DNA of 64,000 nt from Geosiphon pyriformis uo1 (taxonomy: Eukaryota > Fungi > Glomeromycota), in assembly GCA_016748015.1 (NCBI GenBank), contig JAAOMT010000460.1, forward strand, positions 149,957-213,956, written 5' to 3'. The notes beneath the pieces are model-generated. The model made no database searches and was not told the origin of the DNA. It saw nothing but the letters and a program-made list of their open reading frames with translations. Shown here piece by piece: positions 13,513 through 22,897 of this stretch. Within the stretch, counting starts at the first letter, position 1. Each line of letters starts with the position of its first letter. Made by a program: the position numbers and the translations under genes.

Positions 13513-14262
13513 TGTTATGGTTGAAACCCATAATTTTTATTAGTTATCACATGTATTAGTCACTAATGTCATATAATTAGCCACTCTATTTTTAGATAGT
13601 GATCATTGACCTGATTAATGACCTGACTGTTGACCTGACTATTGACCTGATTATTGACTTGATTATTGACTTAATCAATGATCTGATCATTGACCTGATT
13701 ATTGACCTGATCATTGACCTAGTCATTGACCTGGTCATTGACCACTTTCAACAGATATATAAGCAATGAGTCTCTTAACTGTAAAAAATCATCTCTCAGA
13801 CAAAAATCAAATAAATAAAAATAACAACTTTCATCTCAATCACTCTCTTATCGCTAATTTTCCTTTCCCTACCTTCAAGTATCCGAACATCTTAGGATAA
13901 AAGATTACTTGTTGGCCTTTTTCTGATGTATATAATTGTAGTATTTGAAGATTATTTAAATAAACGTGACTGAAAAACACAAGTTGATACCTGATATTGA
14001 ATTCTAAGAGCGCCAATGTGAGGCATAGAATTATACTAGTGGTGATCAATTGTTGACAGTATGGACTATTTTTCTACCTTCAGATTCCCCAGTTATCTTT
14101 GAAAAGAATAGCGACTGAGATATTTTATGAGACTGATTTCATACATTGAATTCTTACTTATTCAATTCACTCTTTGAAGTTGAATCCCCTTTGATTATTT
14201 CCATTACCTTACAATCCTGTTCTCCCTTGCTATCCGTTAGCTTGTTACTCCAACCCATAATA
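13513..14262 (+). repeat. 5' LTR of Gypsy A (750 bp) with ~11 copies of a 12-bp U3 repeat
   Basis: Begins TGTTATGG and ends CCCATAATA (decayed ...GTAACA). TGACCTGATCAT-like array at 13601-13743, then TATATAA (~13756) and AATAAA. Direct repeat of 30735-31399. Confidence 0.95.
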
Positions 14263-14268
14263 TAAAAG

Positions 14269-14285
14269 TGGTGCTCCCTGTGAGG
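14269..14285 (+). promoter_or_regulatory. Primer binding site of Gypsy A
   Basis: TGGTGCTCCCTGTGAGG lies 6 nt after the LTR. It is complementary to a tRNA 3' end ...CCUCACAGGGAGCACCA (elongator-Met or Ile(UAU)-like; identity not verified). Confidence 0.8.
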
Positions 14286-14314
14286 TTGTCAAAATTCACT
14301 TTGTTTCCTATTAT

Positions 14315-17300
14315 ATGGGTGATTATTTATATCTGCCACAACAATCAGAAGAACACTTTAAAGCACACAACAAAAATGATCTAGACTTTATTGAACTCAA
14401 TCTTTTGCTCTTTTGCTTAATTTGCTTTTCTATTGAAAAACAATCCAGCAGACAATTCCAAGACTTTTGGAACTGGTTTTTGAATGAGCATTCAGCTAAA
14501 ACCTATACAGCTTATACAATCTATTACTTTGACTAAGCTTATTTTAAAGACAACTTTGAAGGAAGAAACAACAGTATCAATTAGCTTTTATATTCTGCAA
14601 CCTTTAAACAACAGCCCCCTGATTTTGAATATTTGAATCATCAAATCCACATTTGGATTGCTGCCCATCAATCAACAGAAACTCTTCTTGAAACAGAAAA
14701 AGAAAGCTATCAAACTGCTCCTGTTTTTGATCTCTTTTCAAGTGAATCAGAACACTCCACATAAACAGTTACACCTGAACCAATGGCTTAAGACCCTTTG
14801 CAACAAAACATTTTGATTGCCCTCCAAGGTATACAGACTGCTTTAAGGCAAAGAAACAACACCCCATTACTATTATTCAGAGATAATGCCCAAGATCCAA
14901 TTAAATGGTTGGATGATTTTAAGAGAGCTGTTATAGCCAACCAATATGATGATGAGTACAAGTTTCAAATTATTGGTGGCTACCTCCAAGGCTCCCCTGC
15001 TACATGGTTCTCACAGAAAACTGATGCTAATGCTCATCAAAGAATCATTAGATGGATGCCAGCAAATGCTGGAGAAAACAACACCTCTTTCACTACCCAG
15101 TTTGAAAACAAGTTCAGAACTCCAATCTTAATATCTAAATAGTGCATAGAACTGGAAAGAAAAACCCAAGGTCCTGGTGAAGTTGTAACCAAATATGCCA
15201 AAGCAATCAGAAAGTTAATCAAGCGAGTAGACTCTGGAAGAAACTGGACAGAAGAACAAAAGATTTATTTCTTTACAAAAAGATTGAGAACTGACTTATC
15301 TTATGCTCTTTGGCCTTTCTTGGCTCTGAAAGACAATCCTACAATGAACATGGCTATTGAACTCACCCAAAAGATTGAAGATAACCAAAGGATGCATCTG
15401 AGATCCACACTTCCAGTTTTTGCTCCTGCTCCTCAAATGGCCCCTGCTCCTCAAATGGCTGCTACTTCTTTTGCTGCCCAAACCCAAGACCCAAATGAAC
15501 AATTAATAGATAGACTTATAGCTAACCTTGCCTGGTTATTAGAACTATTGACACAAGCAGTCAGAGATAACCAGCAACCACCAAGACCTAGATATGAACC
15601 TTGTTTTAACCAGCCCCAGCAACCTCCCTATCAAAGACAGCAAAATCGTGGCTCATCTGTGTGCTATCATTGTGGATTAACTGGACATTATTCAAAAGAT
15701 TGTAATAATCTTTCACTGCTTCCTCCAGCTCCCAGAAACAATGACAACCAAAACAACAGATCCAACAACAACAACAATATCCCCAATCAAAGACCCAATC
15801 ATGCTAACATCAATTTCTTTGGAGAGGATCCCCTAGTTGAAGCCATTGTTTATCAGCCTTTAAACTAGTAGACACACCTCCAAAGAGTGAGAATGCAAGC
15901 CAACCAGAAAAAAACTTCTTTTACACTTTTAACTTAACTGATAATGACCATAACATAGATGAACTAGCAATCAACACTTCAGAACCAACCAGAAAGAAGA
16001 AGAAAGCCAAGATTGATTTCGTTCTAGACCCCAACAAAGCCTCAACTTCTGCCACTAATAACAATGAGCCACTAAAGGCTAAAGTTTTTAAAAATCTTCC
16101 AAAGTTGGAACCCCCAGAAATTGTACAAAAATCTGGACCCTATTCCATTGTCAAAGATCTCATGGAAACCCCAGCACATATTACCTTTGGCCAGTTAATG
16201 ACCCACCCACAGTTCAAAAAAAATCTTCGCAAATCCTTGATTCCAAAGAAAAAGACACCAAAAACCAACAAGCACCCTTACCAAACTAAACTTGCTGACA
16301 ACAGCAATGTCATCCCTCTGATTTGTAAAGCCCAAGTGGCTGGATACTTCATTGACTTAATTCTGGACAGTAGATCATCTGTTAGTGTCATTGCCAAACA
16401 CTTTTTGGAAGCAATTGGTAGAAAGATTGATGAATCTTCCACCAGACCAATGGCCAATGTACATGGTGACAAAAAAAAAGGACTGGGTATAGCCAAAGCT
16501 GTTCCTGTCTGCATCAATGAAATCAGCATTGAAACTGACATGGAAGTTTCTGAAGCCAAGAAATACACCATCATTGTTGGCAATGAATGGCTCAAGAAAG
16601 CAAAAGCTTTGCTTGATTATGAACTTTGTGAATAAACCATCAGATATGGTGAAAAACTCATTGTGGTTAAGTGTCGCCATTGGACAACTCCTCCAGCACC
16701 CAAACAAAATCAAGAAGAAAAACAATCAGATGAATCAGATAATGAAGAGAGCGATGAAGAAGAAGAACAAGAAGAGCAAGAAGAAACTGCTGAACTCGTC
16801 TATACTACCTTTACCAGCAATGACAAACCACTGGACAATGTTAAAGCAAACAAAAAAGAAATCATTGTAAATGGCAAGCTAATCTGTTGGCCTTATTATG
16901 ATATTCTTAGAAGAACCTTTGAAAGAAAACCTGGCAAGAAAGCCAAATACAGTTTTTGGTGGTATGGTTCTTGTGTCCAGTGTTGGTGCAACAAACTCTT
17001 GTATTCTCCAAGCGATGAATGCAAATCATGCCTGATCTATTACAGAGATTGGAAACCAATCAGTTTGATACCCAGAGAAAAATTGAAAGAAGTACAGAAG
17101 TCCTTTGAGAATGAACCACCTGAGATCCAATCACTAGTTGTAGAACAAAAAAAATTCTCCCCAGAAGAAAAAAAAATAGACATTGAAAATTTGCTGGCTA
17201 GAAATAGCCCAGTTATCTCTAAAGAAAGTGATACCCCTGGACATACCCATGTGATACAACATATCATCACTACTAGAAAAACTCGACCCATCTATTTGAA

Positions 17301-18591
17301 GCCTTATCAATCTAATCAGCACAATGATGAGTTTATCAAGAAAGAGATAAACTGAATGAAAGAACTTGGATTCATACAAGAAACCAAGAGTAAATGGGTT
17401 TTCTCAGTTGTAGTGGTATCCAAGAAAGATGGAACACTACACTTTTGTGTTGACTACCACCAATTAAATGCCATCACTGAAAGAGACATGTACCCACTTC
17501 TCAAGATTAATGCAATGTTAGACCAATTCAAAGATGCTGCTTTCTTCTCAACTATTGACTTAACTGCTGAATTCTGGCAAGTAGAAATGGATCCAGAAAG
17601 CAGAAAGAAAACTGCCTTCATTACCAAGTATGGCACCTATGAATTCACAGTCATGCCTTTTGGTTTTATCAACACCCCTCCTATCTTTCAACACTTAATG
17701 GATAAAGTATTTGAATCAGTCAAGGAAAACTTTGTTCTAGTCTATTTGGACGACATAATGATATACTCAAAAACCTGGGATGAACACCTGGAACATTTGC
17801 AAAAGGTTTTTGACCTCCTCAGAAATGCTGGCCTCAAGATCAATCCAATCAAATCTTTCTTTGGAAGACAATCCACCCAGTTTCTTGGTCATCTTATCAC
17901 AAAAGATGAAATTTTTCCTGACCCAGCCAAAGTTGAAAAAGTCCAAAACATCAAACAACCAATGAACATTCATGAACTACACTCTTTTCTTGGTTTGGCC
18001 TCTTATTATCACAAATTTGTCAAGAATTTCTTCAAAATCGCCTCTTCTCTCAATCAGCTACTCAGGAAAAATGTCAATTATCATTGGAGAACACATCAGC
18101 AAAAAGCCTTTGAAACTTTAAAGGAAAAACTGGTTACAGAACCCATTCTCAAGCAATCTGATCTAGATTGATCTTTTATCCTCCACACTGATGCATCTGG
18201 CTTTGGACTTGGTACTGTTCTCTCCCAGAAAGATGAAGATGGCAAAGAACATACCATAGTCTATGCCAGTAGAACCTTTTCTCCAGCAGAACAGAACTAT
18301 TCAGTCACTGAACAAGAATGCTTAGTAGTAGTATGGTCTACCAGTTACTGGAGTAAATATCTTCTTGGTGTAAAGTTTTTGGTGGTAATAGATCACCAAG
18401 CTTTGGTTTGGCTGCACAACAAAAAGAGGCTAGAACACAAACAGATAACTCGCTGGATACTCCACTTGGATGAATTTGACTATGATATTTAACATTACAA
18501 AGGAGCTAATCATCAAAATGCCAACGCTCTCTTCAGACTTATCATCCAGTGACAAAACAAATCTCTCAAACCAAACCAACTTAATTATTAG
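14315..18591 (+). pseudogene. Gypsy A gag-pol (Gag, CCHC knuckle, aspartic protease, acidic/Cys spacer, RT, RNase H); disrupted
   Basis: QDPIKWLDDFKRA (Gag), CYHCGLTGHYSKDC, LILDSRSSVS (PR), FCVDYHQLN, VMPFGFINTP, VYLDDIMIYS (RT), LHTDASGFGLG and TEQECL (RH), NANALFR. Confidence 0.92.
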
Positions 18592-18613
18592 TAATTCCCC
18601 CTTTTTAACAAAC

Positions 18614-19874
18614 ATGATAATAGACTTGGACAACTACTCTGCCTTAATGGAATTTTTGGGTAAAGGACAATACCCACCGAAATACACATGACAACAAAAA
18701 GAACATTTGTGCAAACAATCAAATTTCTATTTAATTCACCAGAACCAACTTTATAAAAGAAATAGAAAAGATTCTGACCACCTCCAGAAAGTCATCAGAT
18801 TTAAAGAAAGAAAAATTGTGATCTACAATATGTATACTAATCCATTAGCTGAACACTTTGGAAAAACAAAAACAATTCAGAAAACTCTAGCTCATTATTA
18901 TTGGCCTACTTTGGGAAAAGACATTGCTGAATACATCAAAACCTGTGATATCTGCCAAAGAAGAGGAAAACCCAATCACAAAGAAAATATTCATCCAATC
19001 TCTGTTGGTCAACCCTTTAACAGAATTGGTATAGATGTTGTTGGACCTTTAACAATAACTCCTGATAACAACAGATACATTATCACAGCTACCAACTATC
19101 TTACAAAGTGGGTAGAAGCAAAAGCCACTCCAGACCAAACAGCAGTTTTGATAGCCAATTTCATTTATGAAGATATCATTTGTTACCATGGCTGCCCCAA
19201 AGAACTTTTATCTAATAAAAGAAGAGCTTTTCTCAGTACACTTGTTAAAGAACTTTGCAGAAAAATGGAAATACATCACAAACTTTCCTCTTCTTATCAC
19301 CTCTAAAACAAATGATCTAGTAGAATATTTCAATAGAACACTATGTGAAACCCTAGTCAAAACCAGCAAAGAAACAAACTTATGGAACAAAGTACTGTCT
19401 TCAGCTTTGTTTGCTTATAGAACTGTAAATCATAACATAACAAGTTATAAACCCTTTTATCTACTCTATAGATAAATGACAACCTTACTAATAAAAACTG
19501 ACATTGAGACAATACCTTTTGAACAAATAACAATAAAAAATTACAAAGACATTTTGCAAAGAAGACTTGGTACCATTCTTGACTCATTAGTGGAAGCACA
19601 GATAATTGCCTTTGAAAAGATAAAACAATTCCAAGAGAAGCTTAAGAAAAAGAAAACATATAAAACACTTTTCTTAAGTGTTAGTGACTTAGTTTTAGAA
19701 TACCATTTAGACAAAGACAATGTCTATGGTAATAAATTCTCTAGCCAGTGGAAAGGACCCTTTATAGTCAACAAAGTTTTGAATAATAGTTCTTATATCT
19801 TACAAGATCAATATGGAACAATCTTCAATGATTGCCCTGTTTATGACACACAACTCAAGAAATATCACAAATGG
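18614..19874 (+). pseudogene. Gypsy A integrase with its own ATG, interrupted near the C-terminus by element B and continuing to ~30067
   Basis: MIIDLDNYSALMEFLGKGQYP...YLIHQNQLY, HHCC-type region (EHFG...CDIC), IGIDVVGPL, KWVEAKA, WKGPFIV. After the B TSD the frame continues WPDWLPVMVIP...NQI*. Confidence 0.9.
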
Positions 19875-20753
19875 TGTTACAGATGTAGGTTTCTGTGATT
19901 GAATTAAATAACAAACCCATAACTTGGTGCTCAAAAGCTATTTCCATTGATGATGTTCTGTAAGTGTTGTATCTGAAGGTTTTGATGGGTCTGAAGGTTT
20001 TGGTTGAGTCCTTTGTATAATGAACAGAGATTCAATAGTGTCAATAATAGATGTATCTTTCCAAAAGTTTTCCCAATTTCTTTCTCAGCATGGTGGCCGG
20101 ATTTAGTCTGGCAGTCATGCCTTTCTGGTAAGCTATCCAATAATATATAAAATTCTACTCTTATTTCTGGGTCTTTTACCAGGCTATCCTTGACGTCAAT
20201 AACTCAGTGCTTAATTCTTTTAATCAGTTAGTATATAACAACAAATCAAAATAAAATAAAGAAAAAGAAATAAAAGAAAAATAAAGAAAGAAAGAAATAA
20301 GCCTAGGCGATTTTGCAGATTAGTATCCTGTCAATAGCCATGATCAAGAGCTATTGTTCCAGTGTGGTTAAGTATCAATTACTATCAACATGAAGTGTTG
20401 ATAGTGAAGAGTGGGTTGAGATATGGAATAATTATTTATTTGATGATTGTGTTTTCTAGGCTAAGGATTATGTGGTATTGATTCTGTCTTTTCTGTTTCT
20501 AACACTACTGCTATATATACATAATTGAGATTCCTCAATTCCTCAATTCTTCACGACAGAAATCCTGGAATTCCTGGAATCCTGCAATTCCTTTGAGAGG
20601 AATCCTGGAATCCTGCAATTCCTCATCGGGAATTCTGAAATTCCTGGAATCCTGCAATTCCTGAGAGGAATCCTGGAATTTCACATTTACTATGCTTACT
20701 TCTGATTGGCTAATAATTATGCTAATATATTTCCTATATTTCTATAAGTAACA
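19875..20753 (-). repeat. 3' LTR of Gypsy B
   Basis: Direct repeat of 29156-30003. On the minus strand it has a CCAAT box (20701-20710), a TCCTG(G/C)AAT array (20555-20682) and TATATATAG (~20510-20518). Confidence 0.95.
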
Positions 20754-20767
20754 TTATTCTCTCCTTT

Positions 20768-21427
20768 TTAATATTGAGCTCTGTTGAAATCTAACTCACG
20801 TAATTCCTCTTCTTGAAGTATTTCCTGGATTTTGTTTTTGAGAATTACTTGTGTTATTTGGGTCTGTAATTCTTCAAATTGATCATTGGTGATTTTCTCC
20901 AGTTGATTACTGGTAACCATATCCATTGCTCTGTTGTATAATATTTCTGGTTTATCTTAAAATGCTGTGTGTATTCAGTATATGGCTCGGGCTTGTGTAG
21001 ATAAGTTGTTTTTTCCCACAAAATGTTCTAATTGTTGTAGTATTCTTTTGTCGAATAATTGCTTTGTTTTATCCATATATAGATTCTGAATATTTACGTG
21101 TTGTCCCAAGTAGAAATAACAATAGTTTTGTGGGAATTGTTGTATCCACCAATTCCAAGTTTTTTTAGTTAACTCTTGATATAGTGACTCTTTTGTCGAT
21201 TCTTTTATTGCTAATTTTACTTTCACCATGATTTTGTCCACGGTATTTTTAGTTTTCTTTTGTGTTCTGAGTTGAAATGTTTTTTTAGTATCTTGATATT
21301 GAATGGTTTGTTGATTGATTGTAATCTCCATTTCCTGGTGTTGGATTAATTGAAAGAGTTGTTGTACTAGTGAGTGAATGTTGTCTGTAATTTCCATTTT
21401 TCTGATATTTCCTGTCGCATCTATCAT
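20768..21427 (-). pseudogene. Gypsy B extra ORF (~219 codons, two in-frame stops) between integrase and PPT
   Basis: ATG at 21427, ~25 nt after the integrase stop. Reading through TGA and TAA (revertible to CGA and CAA) it ends ...ELDFNRAQY* at the PPT. Confidence 0.7.
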
Positions 21428-21450
21428 GTCTTTATATATTCTTTTGATGG

Positions 21451-22834
21451 ATCAATTTAACGTGTTGTTGTCGATAATAATAATTGGTTCCAGATTTCGT
21501 GGAATTTCATCTGGTTGGACTAGTATTCTCTATACTCCTAATTGTGGAATATTACTGGTAGATGGTAGTGTGATGTTGTAATATGGTTTCAGTCAATCTC
21601 CATGTGCTGCTTTGGTTTAAATTTTGTTATCCAATCTTAATTTGTAAGCTCCATTTCCTAGAATTTCTTCTATGTGAAATGGTCCATCCCATTTGGAGTC
21701 AAATTTTCCACTCCATTGTTTTTCCACTTTGGTACAATGTAGTAATATTTTGTCTCTAATCTTGAATTCAACTGGTTTGTCTGGTAGTTGACTATCATGT
21801 CTTTCTTTCTGTGTTTTTTGTGACTTTTGGATATTATCAGCTGCTTTTCTTCATTTGTTTTCCAATGTTTCTATTAAGTCATATGTTTTTCTCAGCAATG
21901 TTTTTTGAAAATTTTCCTCTGTTATTGGTTCAGCTGGATATGTGTTAATTTTTCTCTCTACTGGTAACATTGCTATTCTCCCGTATACTAATTCAAATGG
22001 TGTTGCTTGTGTAGTATCTTGTTTCATTGTTCGATAAGCAAATAGTACTGATGGTATGAACAAATCCCAATCATTCTGGTTTTCTTGGCTGAGCTTGGCT
22101 ATTGCTTCACACAATGTTCTGTTGAATCTTTCTACTAATCTGTTGGTTTGTAAATGGTATGGTGATGATAATGGTCTCTTGATTCCGAATCTTTGGCTCA
22201 ATTCTGTTAATGTTCTGTTTACAAAATAAGTTCTTTGATTTGATAATAATTCTTTTGGATATTCATGTCGACAAATCAAATCCTGATGAACAAATTTGGC
22301 AACAGATTTTGCATCTGCTCTTTGAATTGCTTTCGTCTCTGGCCATTTAGTGAGATAGTTCATAGCTACTGCTATGTATCTGTTTCCTCTGCTGGTAATT
22401 GTCAATGATCCAACTAAATCAATTCTCATATGGTCAAATGGTTGTCCCACTTTGATTGGTCTTAATGGTTTACTGGGTCTTGTTCCTCCTCTTCGCTAAT
22501 AGGCATCACAATTTTGAACATATTGAATAATGTTTGGGTACATTGATGGCCAATAGTATCTTTTTCTAGTTCTTTCCATGGTTGTTTCTTTGTGAAAATG
22601 TCCTGCTGTTGGATTTGAGTGCATGTTGAATAATATTGTCTCTTTTTCTGGCTCCATAATTACTCTGGTTGGTTGATCTGGATCTCTTCTATTTTTCCGA
22701 TAAAGTATATTTTGGTAAGTGATAAAATATTTTGATTGTTGTTTGATACTCCTTTGTTCCGTATGAGATAAATTCTTCTTGAACTGTTGAGTATTTAGAT
22801 AATGTTGTAATTGTTGATATTTTTTTATGTCCAT
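21451..22834 (-). pseudogene. Gypsy B integrase with its own ATG
   Basis: MDIKKYQQLQHYL..., HSNPTAGH...CDAY, RIDLVGSL, KWPETKAI, LVERFNRTL, WDGPFHI, ending NLEPIIIIDNNTLN*. Confidence 0.92.
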
Positions 22835-22897
22835 CCTTTGTTGTATTTTTTCGTTGGTATTGTTCTGGTTTTATTATATTTTTGGGTTAAAATGTTT

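Noticed and set aside
13601-13743. 12-bp array (and the GGAATTCC arrays at 20555-20682, 29840-29932 and 47135-47292) as CRISPR-like arrays
   Set aside because: The units are head-to-tail with no unique spacers, there are no cas genes, the context is eukaryotic, and they lie inside LTR U3 regions.
13840-14049. Near-identical 69-aa antisense ORFs at 13840-14049 and 30978-31187 as duplicated genes
   Set aside because: The similarity reflects the two LTRs of element A. There is no domain match, and neither begins with ATG.
20768-21427. Post-integrase ORF as an envelope gene
   Set aside because: It is short and hydrophilic, with no signal peptide or transmembrane segment evident.
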